From the IMG/VR virus record IMGVR_UViG_3300032323_001214, positions 62,001-126,000 of that record: 64,000 nt of DNA. The stretch is one strand, 5' to 3'. Shown one piece after another: positions 8,003 through 17,425 of this stretch; position 1 is the stretch's first letter, and each line of letters opens with the position of its first letter. Both the position numbers and the translations under genes were made by a program. Below the pieces are notes generated by a model. That model saw nothing but the letters and a program-made list of their open reading frames with translations, was not told where the DNA came from and ran no database searches.

Positions 8003-8911
8003 TTATTCTTCGTACACAGTGGATACTGATGCACCTGCCCCTTGACGTGACCAACTTGGATTTAGTCCATTCATTTCTAAAATGTCATCTCTGATATTTT
8101 GATTTCGTTTTTCTGAATTAAGTACACGACAGAAGCTATTGGTTATAGCGGCTGTGTAATATGCGAATGGGTTTGCTGACTTGGCTTCATTGAATCGTAA
8201 CCCAACATATGTTAATTGTAAAATAGCACTATTACGCATTTCGTCATTGTATGTGTACCCACGCCAATTATACTTCATTGCATATTTTTCACACATCATA
8301 ATATACATACGGGCTAGTTTATTAGTTACTTGACCGTGATCTTTGCTGAACTCACCACTTTCTAAATCACCTTTCCAATGACTTTTCCCCACACAATAGA
8401 ATGTATTGTTACTGTCAATTTTATAATGTTGGAATGGTGGGAAGTTTACTTTGACATGAACCATATCATCCACTTCAGCTTTGGTAGTGATATCTTCTAA
8501 ATCTGCAAAAATTGCGTCTGGATCTTCTTCTTCAAAATCAAAAATATCTTTTGCTGTTTTTTTCTTAACTGTTTTGCGGGGCTGTTTTGGTGCAACCGGT
8601 ACATGATCCCAAGTCATTACTCGAAACACTAAATCTTTAACATCTATCGATTCCGAGCTAACTGCGTCTTTACTACCCTGTTCAAGACTCAAACGTAAAG
8701 CACGTGTTTCTTTTGCTTGCTGAATAGTTTCAGGTTTGAATGCATACTCTAAACTTTTTTCTATAGCTTCTTGCGGCATGTCTACAATGAAATCATATCT
8801 ATGATAGTCAGGTTGTGCAAAATGACAATATGAATTTTTGCTTTCGTGTATTTCTTTTAAAATGTCTTTATTATTTAGGTAATTGACAGGTTTTCTTGAT
8901 GGTAGGGACAT
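8003..8911 (-). CDS. gp55: Late-transcription sigma factor (T4 gp55-like)
   Basis: VNYLNNKDILKEI, NWRGYTYNDEM, RFNEAKSANPFAYYT motifs; upstream of gp47/gp46 as in T4-like phages; GGAG RBS. Confidence 0.85.
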   Translation of the reverse strand: MSLPSRKPVNYLNNKDILKEIHESKNSYCHFAQPDYHRYDFIVDMPQEAIEKSLEYAFKPETIQQAKETRALRLSLEQGSKDAVSSESIDVKDLVFRVMTWDHVPVAPKQPRKTVKKKTAKDIFDFEEEDPDAIFADLEDITTKAEVDDMVHVKVNFPPFQHYKIDSNNTFYCVGKSHWKGDLESGEFSKDHGQVTNKLARMYIMMCEKYAMKYNWRGYTYNDEMRNSAILQLTYVGLRFNEAKSANPFAYYTAAITNSFCRVLNSEKRNQNIRDDILEMNGLNPSWSRQGAGASVSTVYEE

Positions 8912-8936
8912 AGTTCTCCGTTATTATGTTGATGTA

Positions 8937-8965
8937 ATTATAGCAAGAGTGTTGCTGAAAAGCAA
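8937..8965 (-). promoter_or_regulatory. sigma70-type promoter for the late sigma operon
   Basis: Minus strand TTGCTT (8965-8960), 17-nt spacer, TATAAT (8942-8937). Confidence 0.7.
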
Positions 8966-8998
8966 CATAACTGGGTAAAATTTGGTGATTTTTATAGC

Positions 8999-9014
8999 GA
9001 TAAATATATTTAGT
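8999..9014. promoter_or_regulatory. Abutting divergent late promoters
   Basis: GATAAATA at 8999-9006 (+) directly followed by TATTTAGT at 9007-9014 (ACTAAATA on -). Confidence 0.6.
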
Positions 9015-9026
9015 AAAGGTATAATC

Positions 9027-10328
9027 ATGTCAGAAGCCGAATTACAAGCACAAGCAGAATATTTGTCAGAACAGTTAGTCGAACTAAAGCGCCAGCTGGC
9101 TGAAGCAGAACTAATAGGAAATCCACAGGAAATTGCTACCTATGAATCTCAGATAGCGGCAGTAGAACTAGAATTACAACAAGTATTGCTAAAACTACGA
9201 AACATAACTACCACTGACACGATAAATACACCAGGTGTAGTGGTAACGCCTATTCCTGTCAACCAAGAAGATACTGTAAATTATAACAACTCTACTACGA
9301 GTACGGCATATGACGATGACGGTAATTTAAATCCTGGATGGGCAGTAGATGAACTTGGAACAGTTTATTTTGCTGGATTTGGACCACCATTAACAAAACC
9401 GGCTACTATTGAAGAAAGTGTTTTTAACCCTAGACAAGATGTTCAAGAAAGCGTATTTGATCCAACAACTGGCAGCGCTACGGGATCGTCACGTGGTTTA
9501 GGTGGTGAAACTAATCAAGCCAGATCAACTGCAACAGCACAGGACACCGCTAACTTTGAAACCAAACAAGATTGGAGAGTTAGATTAAGTCTAGCACCAA
9601 GCGCAACATACTTGTATAAAGCAGAAAATCCAGGAATTCTTAAGCCACTGAAAAACACTGATGGGGTAATTTTCCCGTACTTACCATCAGTCACTGTAAG
9701 TTATATGGCTAATTATGACCTGCAAGATTTAACACATAGTAACTATAAAGCATACCAATATAGAAATAGCAGTGTCGAACAAGTTCAAATAACAGGGGAT
9801 TTTACTGCACAAGACACAGCAGAAGCAAATTATATGCTCGCAGTAATTCATTTTTTCCGTAGTGTCACAAAAATGTTTTATGGGCAAGATCAAAATCCTA
9901 AGCCAGGAACACCCCCACCATTGGTATTCTTGTATGGTTTGGGTGACTTTCAATTTAACGCACATCCATTAGTAGTTACTACTTTTAATTATAGCCTACC
10001 TAATGATGTGGACTATATAAGAGCAAGTGCACCAACATTACCTGCTGGGATAAGTACTGCAGGATATACACCAGCATCAAACAGTACATCACCAACTAAT
10101 GTTAGATTGAATAATAGTGGATTGAATACTGGAGCAACAGCATCATCACCGCAATTTCAAACAAACAGTAATTCACAACCAACATATGTACCAACTAAAA
10201 TGCAGATTCAAATAACAGCGTTACCAATGGTAACTAGAAATGATATTAGTAATAATTTCAGTCTAAAACAATATGCTACTGGTGCATTATTACGTGGTAC
10301 ACAAAATAAACGAGCAGGAATTTGGTAA
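9027..10328 (+). CDS. Baseplate/tail-tube initiator-like structural protein
   Basis: Start moved to ATG 9027 (AAAGG RBS, late promoter upstream). GVIFPYLP, HSNY, GTPPPLVFL, PLVVTTFNYSLPNDVDY resemble tube-fold proteins of contractile tails; precedes the LysM/gp53 gene. Confidence 0.6.
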   Translation: MSEAELQAQAEYLSEQLVELKRQLAEAELIGNPQEIATYESQIAAVELELQQVLLKLRNITTTDTINTPGVVVTPIPVNQEDTVNYNNSTTSTAYDDDGNLNPGWAVDELGTVYFAGFGPPLTKPATIEESVFNPRQDVQESVFDPTTGSATGSSRGLGGETNQARSTATAQDTANFETKQDWRVRLSLAPSATYLYKAENPGILKPLKNTDGVIFPYLPSVTVSYMANYDLQDLTHSNYKAYQYRNSSVEQVQITGDFTAQDTAEANYMLAVIHFFRSVTKMFYGQDQNPKPGTPPPLVFLYGLGDFQFNAHPLVVTTFNYSLPNDVDYIRASAPTLPAGISTAGYTPASNSTSPTNVRLNNSGLNTGATASSPQFQTNSNSQPTYVPTKMQIQITALPMVTRNDISNNFSLKQYATGALLRGTQNKRAGIW

Positions 10329-10639
10329 TGGCTAGCAATAATATATACCCGTCAACAAGTCCATATAATTCTACTAGTGTTTTCAATGGCAAATTTTTAG
10401 ATTTTATGATAGATAGACCTATCATAAAAGATCCTAGCGACATATATTGGCAGATAACAACTCAATATGAATATAGACCTGACTTACTAGCATACGATTT
10501 ATACACAGATAGTAGACTGTGGTGGGTATTTTCACAACGAAATCCAAACACACTAAAAGATCCGTTGTTTGATTTTAAAACAGGATTGGGAATTTATTTG
10601 CCTAAGGCTGATATGTTAAAACAATTGTTGGGAATTTAA
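10328..10639 (+). CDS. Baseplate wedge protein, gp53/LysM-like
   Basis: YRPDLLAYDLYTDSRLWWVF..RN motif; TAATG overlap gives a start at 10328. Confidence 0.8.
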   Translation: MASNNIYPSTSPYNSTSVFNGKFLDFMIDRPIIKDPSDIYWQITTQYEYRPDLLAYDLYTDSRLWWVFSQRNPNTLKDPLFDFKTGLGIYLPKADMLKQLLGI

Positions 10640-10640
10640 G

Positions 10641-13490
10641 ATGTCATCATACAGTCAAGGTGGTTATACGTACACTGCATCCAGTGGTGGTCTAGTAGTA
10701 GTTCGTGGGCCCGGCATGCCAAGTGTAGGTGGCGATTTAGGATTAGTTAATAACCTATCTCCACAAGCGTTTACAAGTTTAGCATCAAGTCCAAATTTAG
10801 ATGAAGTGGCGCAAGCTGCAATGATTGCTGTTGCACAATCAGGAGATTGGAGTCAGATTAAAGCGGAATTAACAGCTACACCAAAATCAGAACCTATACC
10901 ACCCGGTACAGAAAACAGTAGTAATTCAAATAATCTAGAGGGTACGCCAGCCGGCGGTGACAATGGATTTGAACAAAGTGAAGCTGCACGATTAAATGCT
11001 ATCAATAATGCAGAGAGTGAAGGAACCACTACATCAAACAATGAGATGGAAACTCTCAATGAGAGTTTTGCAGGCAAGACACCGGCCGGTGTTGCTAATG
11101 CTAATAATGCAAAAACTACGTCAGGTACTACTACTACAACTGGAGCCAAACCCGGTAAACGAGCACAAAATCCTTTATCTAATTTTTCTAGTTACACATA
11201 CCAGATAACATTATATATGATAACACCTGACGCATATGATGCATTTATTGAGACCGGTAGAAGAAAAATTGACGCATTAAGTAATGGAACTGAAGGTGCA
11301 TTTATTGTTGCACAAAGTGGTGGAATCAACAATGAAACGAGCAGAAGACCACCTGGTTTCAAGTACGACTATTTCATTGATGACTTAAAGATAAAATCTA
11401 GTCTCAATGGTAAAGAATCACTTACCGCAAGCAATATCACTAATCTAAGTTTTAATATATATGAACCATATGGTTTTAGTTTTATATCAAATCTTGCAAA
11501 CGCCGCACTTGCATTAAAAAGTAATAAGAAAAATTTTAGAGATTTATCAAATGCATCTAGACAGTTTTTTGTATTGGGCATACGTTTTCAAGGATATGAT
11601 AAAGACGGAAAGTTAATTTCTGGTTCTGTGGCAACTCAACAGAATACGGTATCAAATCCACAAGGAGAACCAGGTGGAATATTTGAAAGATTCTTTGACA
11701 TATATCTTACTAGTATGAAATTTAAAATAGATGGTAAAGTAACCGTCTATAATATAACTGCGGCAACAGTAGCTCCAAGAGCGGCATTTGGTGTCAAACG
11801 AGGTACTATTAAGACTGGTGCACAAGTAGTAGCAGGAACAGTGCAGCAAGCACTTGGTAATGAAGGTACTGATCCAATAGGTGTAAAAAGTTTACTAGGA
11901 ACACTAAACGAACAAGAACGATTATATGTTAAGAATGCCCCCGCTAATTCAGGAGCAATAGCAAACGTGTATAGGTTAGAGTTTCAGGGTCCAGCAGATG
12001 TTATTTCTAATTCTTCAATTGTGACAGAATCTGATAAACAGAATAAAGATTTGTGGCCTATGAGTAAGGCTGCAAGAACTATTCAAGTTAATGAAACTAT
12101 TTCAGTGTCCAGTACCCCGGATAATACCAAACGGTCTATTTCTTTTAGAAATGGTATGTCTATCATGCAAGCTATATCATCTATTATATCTCAGAGTACA
12201 TATATGGCTGACGCACTTAAAGTTATATACACAAGTGAAATTGAACCAGATCAAAATTCAAATGGTGAAGACGAGATTGTTAACAAAGAACCCAAAACTT
12301 TTAAATGGTATAATTTAGGTGCTAGAGTTAAACCCTTAGGATTTGACAAGAATGTAGGTGACTGGGCGTATGAAATAACATATGTAATACAACCTTACGA
12401 TTGCCCAGCAGTAATAAGCCCTTATGCAGGAAAGACTCCTAAATACTATGGACCTCACAAAAGATATGAATACTGGTACACTGGCAAGAACAGTGAAATA
12501 TTGAACTATGAACAACGATTAGACAATGCATATTTTAATACAGCAGTAATGCCCTCAGGTGATGATGCATCTCATGGTGGGGGACAAGATGTTCCTACTA
12601 TTGCAGGTATGCGCCAAAATGAAGATAGAACCGGACAGAAAGATATCGGTAAAGAAGCACAAAATAGTGTTCTTACTAGTTTATTCTCTCCAGGTGATTA
12701 CGCACAAGCAAAAATTACAATCATGGGTGATCCTGATTACTTGATACAAGATAGTCCTGCTACTACAAACGCAGTTTATAGTCAATATTATGGAACTGAT
12801 GGGTTTACTATTAATCCTAACGGTGGGCAAGTTTTTATTGAGATTGATTTTAAAGAAGCAGAAGATTATAAAGTCGATAGTGGATTGTTAACTATAAATC
12901 AATCAATATTATTTTGGAAATATCCAAGTAGCATCAATATCAAGGGTATAAGCTACATGGTAAATACAGTAACTAGTACGATGAGTAAAGGTAAATTTAC
13001 ACAAGATTTAGAATGTGTTATTAATACATTCCCTGGTGCAACAAATACAGCGGCCGCAGCTAATAGAGAAACTGTTGCAACTCCTAATTTGGGTGATGTA
13101 CGTACAGGAACTACAGAAGGTGGAACAACCGGAACACAAGGTTCATCTGGACAAAACACTACTAGTGGATCTGGATACGTAGGAGAAGATTTCACAGGTG
13201 TTGATGAAGCTATTGCAAGACAAGCTCAGATAAACAACTTGGGTGATTTTGCAGTAGTATCTGAAGCAATTGCTAGGAACCAACAATCAACTACGCCAAC
13301 TGGTAATGCTCTTAATCCAATTGTTAATAGTGACGAAAATGAATTTAGTGGTTCGACTACTGCAGGAAGTGTAAATTCCGGATCATCCTCAGTGATTGAG
13401 GGAGGTAGAGAATCAGAAGATGTTGCAACAGGTCGAACAGTATCTAGAGTAACTTTGGTAACAGGTATTGGCTCTAATCAAAACGTATAA
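10641..13490 (+). CDS. Baseplate hub-like protein (gp27/gpD-like) with low-complexity termini
   Basis: Lies between the LysM and spike genes; IYEPYGFSF, AKITIMGDP, YMVNTVTSTMSKGKFTQDL motifs. Confidence 0.6.
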   Translation: MSSYSQGGYTYTASSGGLVVVRGPGMPSVGGDLGLVNNLSPQAFTSLASSPNLDEVAQAAMIAVAQSGDWSQIKAELTATPKSEPIPPGTENSSNSNNLEGTPAGGDNGFEQSEAARLNAINNAESEGTTTSNNEMETLNESFAGKTPAGVANANNAKTTSGTTTTTGAKPGKRAQNPLSNFSSYTYQITLYMITPDAYDAFIETGRRKIDALSNGTEGAFIVAQSGGINNETSRRPPGFKYDYFIDDLKIKSSLNGKESLTASNITNLSFNIYEPYGFSFISNLANAALALKSNKKNFRDLSNASRQFFVLGIRFQGYDKDGKLISGSVATQQNTVSNPQGEPGGIFERFFDIYLTSMKFKIDGKVTVYNITAATVAPRAAFGVKRGTIKTGAQVVAGTVQQALGNEGTDPIGVKSLLGTLNEQERLYVKNAPANSGAIANVYRLEFQGPADVISNSSIVTESDKQNKDLWPMSKAARTIQVNETISVSSTPDNTKRSISFRNGMSIMQAISSIISQSTYMADALKVIYTSEIEPDQNSNGEDEIVNKEPKTFKWYNLGARVKPLGFDKNVGDWAYEITYVIQPYDCPAVISPYAGKTPKYYGPHKRYEYWYTGKNSEILNYEQRLDNAYFNTAVMPSGDDASHGGGQDVPTIAGMRQNEDRTGQKDIGKEAQNSVLTSLFSPGDYAQAKITIMGDPDYLIQDSPATTNAVYSQYYGTDGFTINPNGGQVFIEIDFKEAEDYKVDSGLLTINQSILFWKYPSSINIKGISYMVNTVTSTMSKGKFTQDLECVINTFPGATNTAAAANRETVATPNLGDVRTGTTEGGTTGTQGSSGQNTTSGSGYVGEDFTGVDEAIARQAQINNLGDFAVVSEAIARNQQSTTPTGNALNPIVNSDENEFSGSTTAGSVNSGSSSVIEGGRESEDVATGRTVSRVTLVTGIGSNQNV

Positions 13491-13529
13491 TATGGTTGGT
13501 TAAATTTTTAATGAATAGAGATAAATGTC

Positions 13530-16500
13530 ATGTATGATGAAATAAAACCTAGAGGTGCTATTAAAGGTAGTAATCCCGATGCAGGTGGTGCTGTATTACG
13601 TGAAGTACCGGTATTCGCAGTTGTAAAGGATAATATAGATCCAACCCGTTCGGGCAGACTACAAGTATATGTGAGTGACATTGGTAGTCAAGACCCAGAT
13701 GATGCAAACGGATGGATAACAGTCAAATACATGAGTCCCTTCTATGGGATGACAGAAGGTTCCGGGGGTAAAGCGACATACGGTAACTACCTAGATAATC
13801 CACATAGCTACGGAGTTTGGAATAGCCCACCTGATATCGGAAGTACAGTTATATGTTTATTTGTTAACGGTGATCCCAATTTTGGTTACTACATCGGATG
13901 TGTTCCAAATGCAGAAGCACTACACATGGTACCTGCGATAGGCGGTGGAGAAAACATTGTAGCAAATGCAGGTGAAGCAGCCGCGTTTGGTGGCGCAACC
14001 AGATTACCTGTAGTAAATTTGAACAATAATAATTCAAGCGTATCAGACTCTACAAATTATCTGTTAGCACCAAAGCCTGTACACAGTTATCAAGCAAGTA
14101 TTTTAAGTCAACAAGGTCTAATAAGAGATCCTATTCGAGGAGTAATTAGTACTAGCGCACAGCGAGAAAGCCCGTCTAGAGTTGGATATGGTATTAGCAC
14201 ACCTGGTAGACCTGTATATGAAGGTGGATTCACAGATGAACAAATTGCAGATGCTGTAAAAGAGGGATCTCCTGCAAAACTAAAAGTTATAGGAAGACGC
14301 GGGGGTCACACGTTTGTTATGGATGATGGCGACTCATTGGGCCGTGACCAATTAGTCAGATTGCGTTCAGCAACCGGTCATCAAATATTAATGAGTGATG
14401 ATGGTCAATGTTTATTCATTGTTCATAGTAACGGACAGAGTTGGATTGAGTTAGGTAAAGAAGGTACTATTGATATGTACGCTACTAACTCAGTTAACAT
14501 TAGAACTCAGGGTGATTTGAATTTACATGCAGACAATAACATAAACATAAATGCAGCCAAAGCGTTGAATATAAGTGCCGAATCCATTGCAATGACTTCT
14601 GAAAAAGAAATGACAATGCGTGTCGGTACTGATTTTAGTCAATATACTATTGGCAAATACACAGTTAAAGTTAATGGCTCAATGTCACAATATTCGGCAA
14701 GTGAAGGGTCATATGCTTCTAAAAGCACTATGTATATCAACGGTGAGAAAATTAACTTGAATACCGGATCAGCTTCTACTGTACCACAAGAAGTAAAGCC
14801 GCTACCAGTAGTAGCACACACTGATACATTGTTTGATAGTGTTAAGGGTTGGGCAGCTGCTCCGGGCAAACTATTAAGCATTGTAAGTAGAGCTCCTGCA
14901 CATGCTCCATGGGCTATGTCTGGACAAGGTGTAGATGTAAAAGTAAACAATAATGCTAGTGCCGCACTACCATCAGCACCGGCGCCAGCAATAGTAGCAA
15001 CAAATAGTTCAGTGGCCACTACACAGACACCGGGGGTAACACCGGCAGTAGTATCTACGATTCCTAATACTGGACAAATTAGTGCGGCAGTGGATAAGAA
15101 CACAACAGCAGCCATCATTGGACAATCAGCAGTACTTGCACAAACAGGCATTGCAGCCGATGTTATTAAACAAACTGGTGCCGGTGTAGTGCAAACGGCA
15201 CAGGGCGCTGTAGCCGCAATTGGAAGAATGGCTCAATCTCCTGCCCAACTTGAAGCTGCCGGAGTATTGAAACCGGGTGCATCACAACTGGTAAATACTC
15301 TAGTTGCCGGGGGTAAAACAGTAGAACAAGCCATGACAAATAACTTGTTTACAGGTAAATCCGGAGCAGAAACATTAACCGCATACGTTACTAATCCAGT
15401 AGCACAAGTTCAAGCACAAGTAGCGACCCTTCAACAAGCCCAAGCTCAACTTACACAAGCGGGTATAATTACTGGAACTGAATCAGGAACACAGTTGGGT
15501 GGACTATTATTGGCAACAGCTACAGCTGGCATTTCTAATGTTACCAATTTTGTAAAAAATGCTGCCCAAGCAGCCGGACAAGCTGTTACCGGTATTGTAG
15601 GTGGAGTTGGAAAAGCAGTGAACGGTTTATTAGGCCCATTACAAAATACATTAAGTGCAGGTAATTTTGCTAGCAATTTAGCATCTACTGTAACCGGTGG
15701 ATTGAGTTCAATTGCAGGTGCACTTAGTGGTGCAACAGCAGGTGCAATACAAGGAATTGCAGGATTAGCTAATGCCGCAAAAGGTATTGCAGCCTCAGCA
15801 TTCTCCGCAGTAACTAAAGGATTTGCTACAATAAAATCAGGTATTCCTCAAAATTTAAGAGACATAACAGAAAAAGCTCAAGCAACAAACGCATTAAATT
15901 CTGACAGTCCACCTTCATTCACTACAGATCCAATTACAGGGGAACAAGTTAGAAACTTCACGGCTGAACAAGAAGCTGCAATGAGAGTAAGTAATGCATC
16001 ATTAAATGCAACTTTGACTAATGCAGTTAATAGCGGTATCGGAAACCCAATCATAAACACTGTAGCAAATGCAAGTGCTTCTAATGGTTCGTTAGTCAAT
16101 GTAGTTTCATCTGTAAATGGGTCTTCTGTCACTAACTTAGTTAGAACAACAACATCAGGACCTGTATCTACCGCATTGGCATCAGTGGGAGCAATTACAG
16201 GGGTAAGTACTGGACTCAATGCAATTGCCGGCGGAGAAAAAGCAGTAGCAACAGTGGTTGATAATGCAAAAAATGCAATTAATTTAATTCCAGGAGCTAA
16301 CACTATAACCGGATTGATAAACAGTACTGGGTCTGCTGCCGCTACAGGAATAGCTAAACTAAAAGATGGAACTGCTACATTACAATCACTTGCATCAGCA
16401 GGATTACCCGCCGGAGCAGCCGCACAATTGAATTCAGCAATAAGCTCCTTAAGTTCCGGCGGTTCAATTTCTATTCAATTACCCACTGTGGCATTCAATA

Positions 16501-16904
16501 CAGTTGACAGGGGCGAGTTAACCGCTCAGATTACTTCAACATTGGGTAGTGCAAAGATACCTTTACCCAACTTCTCAGGAAATCCGGCAACCTTAGGCAA
16601 ACCTTTGTCAGAAGAAGCATTAAACAAATACGCTGAAATTAATGACGAATTAAACACTTTGGTTGACCAAAGATTTGAATTGGACAAAGCGGTGCGTGAT
16701 GCAAGATATGCTCTAAACATTGCTAAAACAGACTTGCCCGCCGGAGATCCCGCAATTGCAATTGCGGAACAGACGTTAACACAAACTAAGCAACAGTTAA
16801 AAACCTTAGATGATCGTATTATTGAAATAAGAAATAGACAAGCTCAATTAGCCACAACCTCACCTGGCAACTCAGTAAACAGTAATACAACCGGCACTAG
16901 CTAA
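13530..16904 (+). CDS. Baseplate central spike (gp5/VgrG-like) with a long C-terminal extension
   Basis: OB-fold motifs DPTRSGRLQV and PPDIGSTVICLF-x2-GDPN, beta-helix-like segment (GHQILMSD, SWIELGKEGTIDMY), then ~650 aa rich in Ala/Gly/Thr. Confidence 0.8.
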   Translation: MYDEIKPRGAIKGSNPDAGGAVLREVPVFAVVKDNIDPTRSGRLQVYVSDIGSQDPDDANGWITVKYMSPFYGMTEGSGGKATYGNYLDNPHSYGVWNSPPDIGSTVICLFVNGDPNFGYYIGCVPNAEALHMVPAIGGGENIVANAGEAAAFGGATRLPVVNLNNNNSSVSDSTNYLLAPKPVHSYQASILSQQGLIRDPIRGVISTSAQRESPSRVGYGISTPGRPVYEGGFTDEQIADAVKEGSPAKLKVIGRRGGHTFVMDDGDSLGRDQLVRLRSATGHQILMSDDGQCLFIVHSNGQSWIELGKEGTIDMYATNSVNIRTQGDLNLHADNNININAAKALNISAESIAMTSEKEMTMRVGTDFSQYTIGKYTVKVNGSMSQYSASEGSYASKSTMYINGEKINLNTGSASTVPQEVKPLPVVAHTDTLFDSVKGWAAAPGKLLSIVSRAPAHAPWAMSGQGVDVKVNNNASAALPSAPAPAIVATNSSVATTQTPGVTPAVVSTIPNTGQISAAVDKNTTAAIIGQSAVLAQTGIAADVIKQTGAGVVQTAQGAVAAIGRMAQSPAQLEAAGVLKPGASQLVNTLVAGGKTVEQAMTNNLFTGKSGAETLTAYVTNPVAQVQAQVATLQQAQAQLTQAGIITGTESGTQLGGLLLATATAGISNVTNFVKNAAQAAGQAVTGIVGGVGKAVNGLLGPLQNTLSAGNFASNLASTVTGGLSSIAGALSGATAGAIQGIAGLANAAKGIAASAFSAVTKGFATIKSGIPQNLRDITEKAQATNALNSDSPPSFTTDPITGEQVRNFTAEQEAAMRVSNASLNATLTNAVNSGIGNPIINTVANASASNGSLVNVVSSVNGSSVTNLVRTTTSGPVSTALASVGAITGVSTGLNAIAGGEKAVATVVDNAKNAINLIPGANTITGLINSTGSAAATGIAKLKDGTATLQSLASAGLPAGAAAQLNSAISSLSSGGSISIQLPTVAFNTVDRGELTAQITSTLGSAKIPLPNFSGNPATLGKPLSEEALNKYAEINDELNTLVDQRFELDKAVRDARYALNIAKTDLPAGDPAIAIAEQTLTQTKQQLKTLDDRIIEIRNRQAQLATTSPGNSVNSNTTGTS

Positions 16905-16912
16905 TATAAATA
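16905..16912 (+). promoter_or_regulatory. T4-type late promoter
   Basis: Exact TATAAATA upstream of the gp25-like gene and its AAGGA RBS. Confidence 0.7.
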
Positions 16913-16927
16913 TAATAAGGAACAGTC

Positions 16928-17377
16928 ATGGCAACATATAATGGATTCAGTACAATAAACGCAAATAAACCTAGATCAACTAATCTGACTCCGGGTACTG
17001 GTGGCGGATACGGATCCACTACTCAACCTGTGATTCCGGGGAAAAAGTTTAAATTGATCAATGAACAACTGGTAATTCAAGACTTTTTGAATGCATTAAA
17101 CATTCAACAGGGACAAAAAGTAGGTCAACCGGGCTATGGAACAACACTCTGGTCTTTTATATTTGAACCTAATACGGCTGACACTCAATTTCAACTACAG
17201 GACGAAATACGCAGAGTAGCTAGTTCTGATCCTAGAATAATTCTTAACTCAGTTAAAGCTTTTCCCAAAGAAAATGGTATATTAATTGAAGTAGAATTAG
17301 CAATAGCACCATTCAATAACGCTCAACTGTTAAGCGTTTTCTTCAACAATTTAACTAACGTAGCAGCTATACAGTAA
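16928..17377 (+). CDS. gp25: Baseplate wedge subunit gp25-like
   Basis: GQKVGQPGYGTTLWSFIFEP ... DPRI motif of the gpW/gp25 family. Confidence 0.88.
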   Translation: MATYNGFSTINANKPRSTNLTPGTGGGYGSTTQPVIPGKKFKLINEQLVIQDFLNALNIQQGQKVGQPGYGTTLWSFIFEPNTADTQFQLQDEIRRVASSDPRIILNSVKAFPKENGILIEVELAIAPFNNAQLLSVFFNNLTNVAAIQ

Positions 17378-17400
17378 TCAATAATTGGTATTTTCATAAT

Positions 17401-17408
17401 GATAAATA
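17401..17408 (+). promoter_or_regulatory. T4-type late promoter
   Basis: GATAAATA 17 nt upstream of the gp6-like start. Confidence 0.65.
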
Positions 17409-17425
17409 CTTGAGAGAGATTACTT

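Noticed and set aside
8982-9026. TTG start given by the ORF track
   Set aside because: It would span the promoter motifs; ATG 9027 has an RBS. Similar corrections were made at 10328, 46255 and 50747.
9402-9465. Short repeat EESVFNP / QESVFDP
   Set aside because: Two-copy coding micro-duplication in a low-complexity linker; not a CRISPR or regulatory array.
14639-16720. Minus-strand ORFs of 64-170 aa within the spike gene, and similar ones inside the giant and radical SAM genes
   Set aside because: Expected antisense frames arising from codon bias; no RBS or motifs.
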